From positions 20,052 to 84,051 of the forward strand of contig CAYRIU010000007.1 in NCBI GenBank assembly GCA_964424615.1: 64,000 nt of DNA, written 5' to 3'. Shown piece by piece: positions 40,934-52,100 of this stretch; positions within the stretch are counted from its first letter, which is position 1; each line of letters begins with the position of its first letter. The notes below the pieces were generated by a model. That model made no database searches. It saw only the letters and a list, made by a program, of their open reading frames with translations, and had not been told where the DNA came from. The position numbers were made by a program, and so were the translations under genes. This stretch comes from an uncultured Gammaproteobacteria bacterium (lineage in GTDB: Bacteria; Patescibacteriota; Patescibacteriia; UBA1558; GWA2-36-10).

Positions 40934-41940
40934 TAGAAATAAGTAATAATCTTTTTAATCAAACTCTGCAAAGAATGATGTTCTACCACAATTTTTTTTA
41001 AATCATCAGCACTCAAATTATGCCAAGGTGCTTGTAAAATAAATTTAGCAATAGTAGCTGGTTCGTCATTTTCTGGATATAATGGTAATCCTATAGCCTC
41101 TGAATTACCCTTGGTAGTTACTGGAAATATACCAAACAGCATGGCTTCTAGCATGGTTTTGTCTATAGTTTCTGAAGCCATATTGACCATCAAGCTGTAC
41201 TGCGGATATATCTTTTTGAGCTCTGGCGCAGGCAATGGACCCATGAACTTTACACGATCTTCGAGTTTTAATTCTTTAACTAATGCACGCATTTCATCGG
41301 CATAATCCTGCTCCACATCACGACCATAAATAGTCAGATTATATTCTGATGGCAAATATAATAAAGCTCTAATTCCTATCTCCAATCTTTTGGAACGACA
41401 AATACGATGAACAGTCAAAATATTTTTGGCGCTATAAATTTTTTCTCCTTTGGCATCAGCCCAAAAACTCAAATCAATACCATGTCCGGTTACTACTTTT
41501 TTTGGTGTAATGTATTGTGGTAAACTTTGCGGAGTAGCACAAAACATATTCGTCGCTAGCCAGCCAGTAACTCGTAAATACCAAGTCATAGTATAATGCG
41601 TATACCATAAATAAAATTTACGCCTCCTCATCTTCCAATACCAGCCACCCAAAGCTGACCATTCGGGATTCATGTGTACAAAAACATGAGTATATTTTAG
41701 GGAGAAAATTAATTTATAAAAATTTAAAATCCAACGCCATTTTGGTAAATTATTTTCTTTGCCCAAAGAATAAACTGGGAAATGATTATCAAAACTACCT
41801 TTCCACAAACAAATAACTTGCACATCTACGCCATTTTTTATGAATTCATCAATCCACTGAATGACAAAAGCCAAATCATCATCCTGATCATTGATACGCT
41901 GTGTAATAAAAAGTAATTTTATTTTTTGATTGCCTGCCAT
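40933..41940 (-). CDS. Glycosyltransferase family 4
   Basis: GT-B fold; GHGID, DKTMLEAM. Confidence 0.85.
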   Translation of the reverse strand: MAGNQKIKLLFITQRINDQDDDLAFVIQWIDEFIKNGVDVQVICLWKGSFDNHFPVYSLGKENNLPKWRWILNFYKLIFSLKYTHVFVHMNPEWSALGGWYWKMRRRKFYLWYTHYTMTWYLRVTGWLATNMFCATPQSLPQYITPKKVVTGHGIDLSFWADAKGEKIYSAKNILTVHRICRSKRLEIGIRALLYLPSEYNLTIYGRDVEQDYADEMRALVKELKLEDRVKFMGPLPAPELKKIYPQYSLMVNMASETIDKTMLEAMLFGIFPVTTKGNSEAIGLPLYPENDEPATIAKFILQAPWHNLSADDLKKIVVEHHSLQSLIKKIITYF

Positions 41941-42989
41941 TGTTTCAAAATTAAAGTAAAAGTTTCCTGGTTATCTACCTTTTTTTCTTTTAGTAAATTA
42001 TTTTTTATACTCTGATAAAAATCGGGCTGACGCATTTTTTCCATAGCCTGGACCAAAGCTTTTTGATTATTTATTGGTATGACTAGACCATGTATATTAT
42101 CTTGTATTATTTCTCTAGCACAGCCCACATCAGTCATAATCACTGGCAAATGACAATTCTTGGCCTCTACCGCTACTAGACCATAGCCTTCGCTGTCAGA
42201 GGTCAAAAGCAAACAATCAGCAGTATGATAAAGGTCGCCTAATTTTTCTTGCCAACCAAAAAATATAACTTGTTCTGTAATATGCAAATCGTCAGCTAAT
42301 TTTTTCAAATTATCTTTTTCTGGACCATCACCCACCACCACTAATTTTATTTTCTGCCGATCTGCTATATTTTTGATTGCAGCTAACTGCAATGCAATAT
42401 TTTTGACTGGAACCAAACGACCGACAGTCAAAAAAATAAAATGCTCCGGATAAATTTTGTGCAAATCAATAATATTGGTGTTAGATAAATTTTCTGTATT
42501 TATAACCACTGGAGCAATATAAATTTTATCGGCACTGACGCCATATTTTTCTATCAGATAATTTTTCAAACGCTGACTTACTACTCGCACCAAATCAGCA
42601 TTTTCTAAACATTTTTTGGCTAAATAATTTCTTAATATATTATTTTTTTCAAAACCATGTATTTGTACTTCATATTTCAAATGAAATTTTTTAGCTAAAA
42701 CTAGACCCAAAAAACCCAAAAAACCACTATCCTGGACAGTCAATAAGTCAAATTTTTCTTTTTGTAATAAACTATTTAAATTTTTATGGACATTAAATAA
42801 AGATGCAAATTTGTTAGAACCATCAATACCCCAAGCAATAACTTGAGCAGATAATTCAATCTTTTGCTCTTTAGCTGGCACCACTACTAAATATTTGTCT
42901 AGTTGATTAGCTAAAACAAGCGTCCGCTGGGCTACAGAAGATTGTGATTCAAATATTTTTTTATCTAAACTTAGAGATAATATTTTCAT
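41919..42989 (-). CDS. Glycosyltransferase family 4
   Basis: VGRLVPVKN, EGYGLVAVEA. Confidence 0.92.
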   Translation of the reverse strand: MKILSLSLDKKIFESQSSVAQRTLVLANQLDKYLVVVPAKEQKIELSAQVIAWGIDGSNKFASLFNVHKNLNSLLQKEKFDLLTVQDSGFLGFLGLVLAKKFHLKYEVQIHGFEKNNILRNYLAKKCLENADLVRVVSQRLKNYLIEKYGVSADKIYIAPVVINTENLSNTNIIDLHKIYPEHFIFLTVGRLVPVKNIALQLAAIKNIADRQKIKLVVVGDGPEKDNLKKLADDLHITEQVIFFGWQEKLGDLYHTADCLLLTSDSEGYGLVAVEAKNCHLPVIMTDVGCAREIIQDNIHGLVIPINNQKALVQAMEKMRQPDFYQSIKNNLLKEKKVDNQETFTLILKQWQAIKK

Positions 42990-44098
42990 GATTGTAATAT
43001 CTTTATAGTATCAATAGCGGCTTGATTATAAGAATAATTATAACTCAAATACTTTATTTTCTGGGAATAATTTATATAATTATTATCTTCTTCCAATTTT
43101 TGCAGACACTGAGTGATTTCTTCAATTTTTTGAGGATCAAACAAAATAATGTCTTTTTTTAACCAGTCAAAACCAATTTCCTGAGAACTAATAAAAGGAA
43201 TTTTGACTTGGATGCAATCCAACATGGTATTGGGACTGATATCACTCAAAGAGGGAAAGATCATTAATCTACTTTCGGCCATTTTTTTAATCAAATTATG
43301 TCTAGATAATTTTTCTGCTAAAACTATATTTTGATAGTTATTTTCCTTAATAAAAAATTCTAACTTACTTTTCAATGGTCCATCGCCAATCAAAACTAAT
43401 CTATATTTATCTTGCGACCAAGCGACAAAAGCTTTGACCAGATTAAAAATATTATTTTTATTTATAAAACGCCCAGCAAAAATAATATCATTATTAATAC
43501 GATTTTCATCCCGCTGAATATTTATTTTTTGGTCAATAGGATTCTGAACAACAGATAATTGTTTATTTGCTAAACCATAATAATGTTTTGTAAAAATATT
43601 TTTTTGCCACTCAGTAGTAAATATGACACCACGACACTGTTCAAAAATCCAATTGATTAATTTAAAACGATTGAGATCTTTTCTATACAAATCTTGTTCA
43701 TAATACTGATCTAGAGTTACCGACTCACTTTCTACGTATCTCTCCCAAATAAAATCACCACCGACTCTGATATAAAGTGGTTTGGCAAAAATACGACTGA
43801 TAGTAGCCGCTGGTAAACCAGCACTAAAATGATCAAAACAATAAATCAGATCATATTTTGGAGTTAATTTAAAAAGCGCCAAAAAATAACGCCAATAATT
43901 ACTTAATTTATTCTTACGTAAAACCCTATGAACCCTATATACCAAAGTTTTGTCTATATCGTATATTTCTTTATCAGAGTAGCATACTACTACTACTTGA
44001 TGACCTTGGGCCAAAAACTGCTCAGCAATAAGCGGAATATAGGTAGCTGGACCTCCTATCTCCGGTGCAAATATGCCTGTAGCAATAAGTATTTTCAT
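42986..44098 (-). CDS. Glycosyltransferase family 4
   Basis: IFAPEIGGPATY, FAGRF..K, IGDGPL. Confidence 0.88.
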   Translation of the reverse strand: MKILIATGIFAPEIGGPATYIPLIAEQFLAQGHQVVVVCYSDKEIYDIDKTLVYRVHRVLRKNKLSNYWRYFLALFKLTPKYDLIYCFDHFSAGLPAATISRIFAKPLYIRVGGDFIWERYVESESVTLDQYYEQDLYRKDLNRFKLINWIFEQCRGVIFTTEWQKNIFTKHYYGLANKQLSVVQNPIDQKINIQRDENRINNDIIFAGRFINKNNIFNLVKAFVAWSQDKYRLVLIGDGPLKSKLEFFIKENNYQNIVLAEKLSRHNLIKKMAESRLMIFPSLSDISPNTMLDCIQVKIPFISSQEIGFDWLKKDIILFDPQKIEEITQCLQKLEEDNNYINYSQKIKYLSYNYSYNQAAIDTIKILQS

Positions 44099-44158
44099 AT
44101 TTTATATACGCCATTCTGGAATGACACAACAATTAAATATCTTTACTTAAATTTATCC

Positions 44159-44314
44159 GTCATTCTGGAGGCCGTAGGCCTATAGAATCCCATTGGGATC
44201 CTATCGCTGGACTTCCTCGTCATCCTGAACTTGTTTCAGGATCTCATTGGGATTCCGGATCACCCGCCCGCCATGACCGCCAGTCAGGCGTGTCGGGCGG
44301 GAGTCCGGAATGAC
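44159..44314. repeat. Composite of nested GTCATYC...GAATGAC palindromic elements downstream of the GIY-YIG gene
   Basis: GTCATTCTGGAG..., then GTCATCCTGAACTTGTTTCAGGATC...GATTCCGGATCA|39-bp hairpin|AGTCCGGAATGAC. Confidence 0.8.
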
Positions 44315-44321
44315 ATAATAA

Positions 44322-44612
44322 CTAAAGCTCTTTACTCAAATCCTTCCAATCCTTATTAAACGAATCAATTAGTTTATTTTTCCAATCTCTATGCCAATTC
44401 TTCAACTGCTTTTCTCTAGAAATAGCCTCATAAACATCCTCATAAATTTCATAATAAACTAACTTATCTACATTATATCTACGAGTAAATCCTTTAGCTA
44501 CTTGCTCTTTGTGTTGAAATATTCGGCCTAATAAATTACTAGTGATGCCTACATACAAGACTGTGTTATTTTTATTTGTCAAAATATAGACAAAATATTG
44601 CTTGTCGTACAT
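44322..44612 (-). CDS. Stand-alone GIY-YIG nuclease (YhbQ/UPF0213-like)
   Basis: FVYIL..LYVGIT, R..QH, LVYYE, AISREKQLK.W.R..K. Confidence 0.93.
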   Translation of the reverse strand: MYDKQYFVYILTNKNNTVLYVGITSNLLGRIFQHKEQVAKGFTRRYNVDKLVYYEIYEDVYEAISREKQLKNWHRDWKNKLIDSFNKDWKDLSKEL

Positions 44613-44741
44613 AATCGCTTTTCTAGCCTGTATTTTAGCTAATAAAACTTGCTTTAGCCTTATAAATACTATAAAATTATACCAGAATAGCTAAAAATAA
44701 TCAATATATAAAATAGCTAATATTAGCCAAAAAATCAATTT

Positions 44742-45923
44742 ATGACAGTAGATAAAAAACTAAGTGGTAAAAAAATATTATACCTCATCACCCAAACTAA
44801 ATGGGGTGGAGCTCAAAAATATGTCCTGGAGCTGGCTACATATTTTGCTAAAAATAATGAGGTACATATAGCCCATGGCGAGGTGGATCATCCTAATAAA
44901 AAATTTTTAGACTACTGCCAAAAACTAAATATCAAAACTATCCCCATAAAATATTTGGTACGCAACATAGACCTCAGTAATGAATTTTTGGCTACCAAAG
45001 AAATTACAAAATTGTTAAATAAAAATAACTATAATATCATACACCTCAATAGCTCAAAGGCAGGTGCCGTCGGCTCTCTGGCTAGTATGTTTTATAACTT
45101 TAACCCACTAAATGTCAAAGCTAAAATAATCTACACTGCTCATGGATATGTTTTTAACGAGCCTCTCAATACTCTAGTACGTCGAGCCTACATCATGTCT
45201 GAAACTTTCTCAGCTGGACTACAAAACAAAATAATAGCTGTCTCAGAATACGACAGGCAATCAGCTATAGATCAAAAAATATGTTTGCCAAACAAAATCA
45301 CAGCCATACATAATGGCGTCAATGAAGCGGATTATAATTTTTTACCAAAAGAAACTGCTCGAGCTGAACTAAAGCTTGATTCAAAATATAAGTATATCGG
45401 CACCATTGCTAGCTTTTACAAAGCCAAGGGCTATCATTATCTTGCTGAAGCTATCAAAATGATCAAAGACGAAACACCACATTTTTTGGAAACACATCGT
45501 TTCACTTGGATTGGTGATGGACCAGAGCTCACTGAAATACAAAAATATTTAGAAGAAAATAAATTATCAGAATATATCACTATCACTACACCGACTGACA
45601 ATGACTGGCGATTTATAAAAGCTTTTGACTATTTCGTCTTGCCATCGGTCAAAGAAGGTCTGCCATATTCCCTTTTGGAGGCTGGACTGGCTAAGATACC
45701 AGTGATTAGTACTGAGGTTGGTGGTATACCAGAGATTATCAAAAATAAAGACAATGGCTATCTGGTCACGCCAGCCAATCCCCTATCTCTCAAAAATGCC
45801 ATATTAGAACTCAGCGATAATCATGCCCTATCTCAAAATATAGCTGATAAAAATTATATTAATATCAAAGAAAATTTTTCTCTAGATAAAACCATCTTAG
45901 AAACAGAAAATATATATTTATAA
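44742..45923 (+). CDS. Glycosyltransferase family 4
   Basis: WGGAQ, HLNSSKAG, EGLPYSLLEA. Confidence 0.93.
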   Translation: MTVDKKLSGKKILYLITQTKWGGAQKYVLELATYFAKNNEVHIAHGEVDHPNKKFLDYCQKLNIKTIPIKYLVRNIDLSNEFLATKEITKLLNKNNYNIIHLNSSKAGAVGSLASMFYNFNPLNVKAKIIYTAHGYVFNEPLNTLVRRAYIMSETFSAGLQNKIIAVSEYDRQSAIDQKICLPNKITAIHNGVNEADYNFLPKETARAELKLDSKYKYIGTIASFYKAKGYHYLAEAIKMIKDETPHFLETHRFTWIGDGPELTEIQKYLEENKLSEYITITTPTDNDWRFIKAFDYFVLPSVKEGLPYSLLEAGLAKIPVISTEVGGIPEIIKNKDNGYLVTPANPLSLKNAILELSDNHALSQNIADKNYINIKENFSLDKTILETENIYL

Positions 45924-45940
45924 AATATTTTTAAATAAAA

Positions 45941-46001
45941 ATACCCCCTCTTTTTCTCCCCCTAAATTAGGGGGAGATGTCCGTGAGGACAGAGGGGGTA
46001 T
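45941..46001. repeat. REP/RIME-like multi-hairpin element, copy 1 (between convergent genes)
   Basis: ATACCCCCTC..TCTCCCCCTAAATTAGGGGGAGATGTCCGTGAGGACAGAGGGGGTAT; inverted near-identical copy at 55648-55706. Confidence 0.88.
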
Positions 46002-46008
46002 TTTTTGG

Positions 46009-48195
46009 TTATTTTTGATTTTTTAAATCTTCTAAATATTTGATGTACTCACCAACTGTCGACTGCATTTCGGGGTGTTGAAATAAAACATTTCGTAGGT
46101 AATCTATAGCTTTCTGATACTCCTTGCGAGACTCATAAATAGAAGCCAGGGAAATATATGCACTATAATTATTTGGATCGCTTGGTATGGCTTTTTCTAC
46201 CAATATACTTTCTGCTTTATCTACTAAACCAGCTTCAAAATAATATTTACCAATAAGACGATAACTTTCACTCGTCGCTGTAGGAAAATGTTCATTAAAT
46301 TGATCAATGTAAAAATTCATTTTATTATAGTCTTTTAACTGTAGGGAAATATTAATAATATTGAGATAATCACTTTCACGTCTCTGACTGATGGTTAATA
46401 TCTTTTCTAAATATTCTATACTTTTTGCTAAATCTTTTTTGAGATAATATCCCTGAGCCAAAGTGGTATAAATCTCCAATCTATTGGGAGAATCATCAAT
46501 ATTATTAATAATCACATTTATAGATTCATCTATATAAAAATCATTAAAACTAGAATAATTTTGGTAAAGTTCAGCTAAAATAAGACGTGTCCTGATATCA
46601 TGCGGATCTTTTTTCAAAACATCCAATGCTGATTTTTCTGCTTCTTCAAAAATTTGTTTTTGTAACTGAAAACTAAAATCTTTACTATCTAAAGTTTGTA
46701 AAGAATATTTAACCAACTGAGATGTAATCTCAGAATTACCATATGTATGGTAAGATAAGGCTTTCTTATATAGCCCCAAAACCTTATTTGGGTCAATAAC
46801 ATAATTTCTAACAGCATCTATACTAGTAGCATTAGCTTTAGCTGGTAACCATAAAATATTATAAGCCACTAAAATAACTATAACTATATTAATATAAAAA
46901 AATAAACTACCGATTTTTTTTATACTATTTGGCAGGTAAAAAAAATGTTCTTGCTCATTGCCACCACTCAGTACTCCTACAAAAGCTAACATAGCAATAA
47001 CCAAAATCCAAGTATTAATAGTATCAAAAACAAACAAATTACTAAATAAGTAACTGATAAACAAACCTAAAATAATAATAGCTAAATTAAAATCTTTATT
47101 CTTTATTTTCCATAATGCAAAACTAGTGGCTACAAAAATTAATAAATAAGCTAATAAGCCCACAATACCACTGCTACCTAGATAGTCAAAAATAAAACTA
47201 TGGGCTTTATCAAACCATTGTTCTGTAATTTCTGGATTATAATATTTATTAATGCCATAAATAATATTTTCCGGTCCATAACCTAAAATTGGTTTATCCT
47301 TGAATGCTTCATAAGTGACCTGCCATGTCAGCAAGCGATTATTGGTGCTAAAATCTGAGCGAGAAATACTGGTTAATCTTTTTAAAAACAAAGTATGCTC
47401 AACCCAACCAGAATTTTTTTGACTTATAACTAAAGTACCAAACAAGATGGTCAAAAAAATTAAGCTAAAAAAAATATATTTTATTTTTTTATCTTGTGAC
47501 CAGCTATAAAATATAGCCCAAATAAATATACCCAGTAATAAGCCCAAGATACTACCTCTGGAAGCATTTATAAGAATACTAAAAACTAGAGTTATGGCTG
47601 TGATACCACATAATATAGCCATTTTCCTACTTTTATCCAAGTGATATATAATAGCAGCGATAAAAACATTTATCATTAAATAGGAGCCCAAAAAAGCTGT
47701 GTTCCCTATAGTACTGGCATTAGCAAAAAAACTACCCTGTACACCAAGACGATCTAAAAACATAAAAAACATGACACACCAAGAGCTAAGTAGTGCAATT
47801 TTTAAAAACCACAGCCAAGTCTCTCTAGTCTTAAAAGTATTAATAAGTGCCAAAAAATATAAAGTCAAAAATATAATATTTAATAATCCATCCATACGCT
47901 CATAATTCCCCCAAAAACTATGGTAAGGGTTGACACCAAAAATTGTAGCTAATAACTGTACACCAAAAAATATCAACCAAGAATACCAAATATAATTTTT
48001 TTTACCGGCAATTTTACCATCAACAAAAAAATTATAGGAAACCAAAAGCATGACTAATAATACTAAAAATCGAAAAACAAAATTTTTCAAACTAATAAAT
48101 GGAAAAAAGAAACTATCACTTACAAACAATGGTGTAAATAAAACAAATATCAAAATTAACTTTTTAACTTTTTCTATTACCTTATTTTCAAGCAT
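46009..48195 (-). CDS. Second O-antigen ligase/O-OTase family protein with TPR repeats
   Basis: STIGNTAFLG, ASRG, NRLLTW, PILGYGPEN, FDKAH; TPR-like C-terminus. Confidence 0.88.
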   Translation of the reverse strand: MLENKVIEKVKKLILIFVLFTPLFVSDSFFFPFISLKNFVFRFLVLLVMLLVSYNFFVDGKIAGKKNYIWYSWLIFFGVQLLATIFGVNPYHSFWGNYERMDGLLNIIFLTLYFLALINTFKTRETWLWFLKIALLSSWCVMFFMFLDRLGVQGSFFANASTIGNTAFLGSYLMINVFIAAIIYHLDKSRKMAILCGITAITLVFSILINASRGSILGLLLGIFIWAIFYSWSQDKKIKYIFFSLIFLTILFGTLVISQKNSGWVEHTLFLKRLTSISRSDFSTNNRLLTWQVTYEAFKDKPILGYGPENIIYGINKYYNPEITEQWFDKAHSFIFDYLGSSGIVGLLAYLLIFVATSFALWKIKNKDFNLAIIILGLFISYLFSNLFVFDTINTWILVIAMLAFVGVLSGGNEQEHFFYLPNSIKKIGSLFFYINIVIVILVAYNILWLPAKANATSIDAVRNYVIDPNKVLGLYKKALSYHTYGNSEITSQLVKYSLQTLDSKDFSFQLQKQIFEEAEKSALDVLKKDPHDIRTRLILAELYQNYSSFNDFYIDESINVIINNIDDSPNRLEIYTTLAQGYYLKKDLAKSIEYLEKILTISQRRESDYLNIINISLQLKDYNKMNFYIDQFNEHFPTATSESYRLIGKYYFEAGLVDKAESILVEKAIPSDPNNYSAYISLASIYESRKEYQKAIDYLRNVLFQHPEMQSTVGEYIKYLEDLKNQK

Positions 48196-48199
48196 AAAT

Positions 48200-48976
48200 C
48201 TATTTTAAATCTATTAATCCTTGTAAGCGATCAATTTCTTTCTGCTCTTTACTACCAGATATTTTTTCATATTCACGCCACATTATGATGGCCTGTGTAT
48301 AATCTTTTTTAACTCTCTCTAAATAATAGGCATACTCTTTTGTGATATCTAGTTTGTTATCTACTGTTGCTATGCCCATACTGTAAATATTATCTGCTTT
48401 ATTAACATCGCTAGAATATCTACTATACAAATTAGCTAGCCTGATATAGCCCTCCGCTTCTTTTGGGTAAATATTAATAACTTTATAGAGTAATGTAGCC
48501 GAATCTTTATATTGACCCATCATTAAATATAAATTACTCAAATTAATCATGGTCTTATAATCATCAGGCCATAATTCAAAAATCTTTTTATAAGCAATTT
48601 CAGCTTCTTGATATTTAGCTAAAATATCATAAGCATGAGCAATATTAAAATAATCATCTTTCAAATTTTTATACTCTGATTTAGATGGCGTGTTGTTTGC
48701 TATGGCTTTTTGTGAAATGTCAATTTCGTTTAAATAAACATTTTTTACATTATCTGGTGGTAAAACCGACCCCTCTGTCGGTCGCTCTGGCGTGTTTTTG
48801 AAATATTTATCAACATCACTAACGTCTAATTGACCAGCTAACGCTCTTTTTTGCTCTACTTTTTTTTGATAATAATTATAATAAAAAATGCCACCAAAGC
48901 CTATAATTATAGCTAATAATATAAAGATGGTTTGACGCCACTTTGCTAGCCAAATCTTTTGTTTGTTATTATCCAT
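48200..48976 (-). CDS. Membrane-anchored TPR protein (start reassigned to ATG 48976)
   Basis: Single N-terminal TM, then TPR-like helices (A..Y..L.KYQEA..AY). Confidence 0.8.
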   Translation of the reverse strand: MDNNKQKIWLAKWRQTIFILLAIIIGFGGIFYYNYYQKKVEQKRALAGQLDVSDVDKYFKNTPERPTEGSVLPPDNVKNVYLNEIDISQKAIANNTPSKSEYKNLKDDYFNIAHAYDILAKYQEAEIAYKKIFELWPDDYKTMINLSNLYLMMGQYKDSATLLYKVINIYPKEAEGYIRLANLYSRYSSDVNKADNIYSMGIATVDNKLDITKEYAYYLERVKKDYTQAIIMWREYEKISGSKEQKEIDRLQGLIDLK

Positions 48977-49023
48977 ATTTGTTAAGTTAATTACCAATAA
49001 TATAGCAAACTTTGTATATTTTA

Positions 49024-49060
49024 GCAAAATCCCGCCCCGCTTACGCGGGACGGGATTTGC
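49024..49060 (-). terminator. GC-rich hairpin/terminator after the S-layer-like gene
   Basis: AAATCCCG-CCCCGC-TTAC-GCGGGA-CGGGATTT. Confidence 0.7.
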
Positions 49061-49105
49061 AATATATCAAATTACCTTGACTAACAGATTTTCTAAAAAT
49101 TAATA

Positions 49106-52100
49106 TTAATTCTTAGATAGAGTCTGTGAATCAGTTGGTAAAACTTTGACATAGACAGAATCAGCCCAATCAGCTGAAGTACCATCAGAGGCATGAGGAC
49201 TTGCACTTCTATCTGACCAAATAAAGCCAGTTTCATACAATGACAATAAAGTCAAAGTTGTAGAAGTACCAGCTTCAGCAGTAGAAACGCCAGAAGCATT
49301 AATCTTGGTACCGAAAGATTGTGCGGATGCAGCACCAGTTATATCACCCTTCAACACATAAGTTTGTGTTGTACCTTTGGTAATGGTCTGATCGTTGGTT
49401 GTAGTGACAGTAATTGTCTTATTAGCCACGTTTAAATTTGGATAATAAGTATTCAAAGCTGTGGAGTCACCATCTTTGTACAACTTGATAGTACCATTGG
49501 TAATAGTGGTGGCACTGGTAGAAGCATAGGTCCAAGACATCTGTCTCCAGCTCAAATCAGCTACTGCATCAGCAGTGATTGAGAAGCGAGAAATTGTCTG
49601 AGTACCATTGTCTAATAAATTGGTTGGAAGTGCGACCAAGGCAATAGTTGGCTTGGTAGCTCTCACAATCATTACGTTACCAGTGACTGCACTTGGACCA
49701 GAGTAAGTAGTAGATCCAGATAGATCACCAATAGCGCTAAATTTATTAGAATCACTGCCATCAGCAGCAACTAGACTCAATTGAACAGCGTTATTGGCAC
49801 CAGTGATTGAACCACCAGAGAAGGTCGATAAATCAGCTTTGATGCTCAAAACTGCAGTACTGTCTTTATCTACAAACATACCTAAGTTGTAGAATTGAGC
49901 AATACCACTACCATTCAAATAAGCATAGGCAGTATTTGTACCTGTCTTAGTTGGATATTCAACAACCACTCTAGAAACAGGGGCAGTGAAACCACTTGTG
50001 TCATTTTTAACCTGTAGATTATTAATGACAAATGGTTCTTTTGTGGCAGTAAATTCAACTGAATTTACTAATACACCAGTCAAACCAGCCACGATGATAG
50101 TGGCATCTGGTTTGGCACCAGCGCTAGTGGCAGTGACACCGCCAGTAGCGACAGCCATGCTTTGTAAAGTTGTGTAGCTTGAAGTGACTGTTGTATTAGT
50201 GACGGCACTAGTACCATCAGCATTCATAGATAGATTGATAACGGCGCTAGCTAAACCGGATTTGACATCAGCATAGACATCGACCTGTTTGTTTTGACCG
50301 GCATTCAACACTAATCTGCTACCCATACTCAATGTAGTAGTACTGTTGGAAGAAGGCAAGGTTGTCTTGCTAGCCAATTCAGTAGTACCCAACATCAATC
50401 TCAAGTTCTGTAATTCACCAGAAGTAGCGCCAATAATATAAATATTATCAACGGTAACACCTTCTGTTGAACCAGCTGAGATGGTAAATGAAGCTATTTT
50501 AGCGCCAGTAGCTGGAGATGTTAAGTATTGATCACCATAAGCATTGTACTTAGCTGTACTCAAAGCTGAGGTGGTAACACTCAAAGTATTACCTTGGGCA
50601 GCTGGAAGAGTGACAGTTGACAAGGAAACTTGACCTTGTGCATCAGTGCTTGATGTGATGTCAACCTTGACACTACCAGTTGTAATATCAGCACTAGCTA
50701 CTGTTTTAATGTCGGCATAAATGTCGATCATCTTTGAGGTACCAGCTGGGACAATCAAGCTTGAGCCAAAGGTAAATAATGTACCTGCTTCAGCTATATT
50801 CTTTGTTGAACCAACTTGAACGCCATCAAAATAGACCTTACCATTTAACAAACCGCTACCAACAGTGGTAGTTGGGTCAACGGTAAAGCTCTTAATTTTA
50901 ACATCTTCACCATTGGCAGTTACCTTAAAGGTGGCTAATTTAATATTAGTACCTTTGGCAGTTACTGAACCAGAAGCAGAAGAGTTGTCACGAACTAATG
51001 ACAAAGTACCAGACTGTATATCGTATTGACCAGCTGGAGTCAAGGCAGTCCAAGAAGAACCATGTACAAATACATTGTAACCCTTGTCTCTAACTACTAA
51101 ATCGGAAGCGTATTGGACGCTAAATTTGAAGTTTCTGGTTGATCCTTTAATAATATCAGCTTTGACTGAGAAGGTCTTTGATTGACCCTTCAAAATATCA
51201 TAAGCGGAATTTGATAAATCAAAGTATAAAATACCATCAGCATCAAAATCAGCTACAGTGGCTAAAGTAGTGCCACCGACTTGCAATCTGAAATTGTTAA
51301 CATCACCAGTGGCAATGCTACCAATTTTGGTCAAACGCAAACCATGAAGAGCTAAATCTTGATCATTAGCAGCCAAGGTTAATTTGTAAACTTCAAAATC
51401 TTTTTCATCAGCATTAACAGTGACAGTGCCTGATGGAGTACCGTAATTACTGATAGTGGCGTAACCCAAATCAGAAGCTAAGGCGCTAGTCATTAAACTA
51501 CCAACTACAGGCAAAGCACCAGCAACTGATGAAGCGCTAGTAGTCAAAGCAGTCAAGTTAAAACCTAATGTGCGACCAGAAGCAGAAAGCACTGCTAGAT
51601 CAGCCTTTAACCAAACAGTCTTAGTGGCACCGGCTGGAATTGTGATAATACCATTGGCATCACTATCATTGAAGGTTAATACTTTTGTAGAAATAGAACC
51701 ACCATCAACTAACTTGGTGTTACCTTCATACAAATAAGCCTCGGCAATGTCAGCATCAGATGATATACCAGTGCGCTCAAATTTCATTTGAGTAACTTTG
51801 ACACTACCTTCATTAGAGGCGGTCAAATTGACAGCTAAAAATGGCACCATTGATTGGGATCCATTTGTATCATCGGAAATGATAGTAGCTGAAGCTGGAT
51901 TCATAGCTGACATAGAGACAGTCAAGGAACCAGGATTTGTTACTACTGGGGTATCATTTGGCATAAAGTCTTTGATAGCAGACTCAGCGCCAGTGATAGA
52001 TGAACCATCAGAGTAGCCAGTCAAGCTGGTCACAGTGACAGCGTCAGAAGCCATATAGCCATTGGCTGCGTAGGCAGCGTCAGAGGCAAAGGCTCTCTTG

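Noticed and set aside
44159-44314. Palindromic repeats as a CRISPR array
   Set aside because: No regularly spaced identical repeats with unique spacers, and no cas genes.
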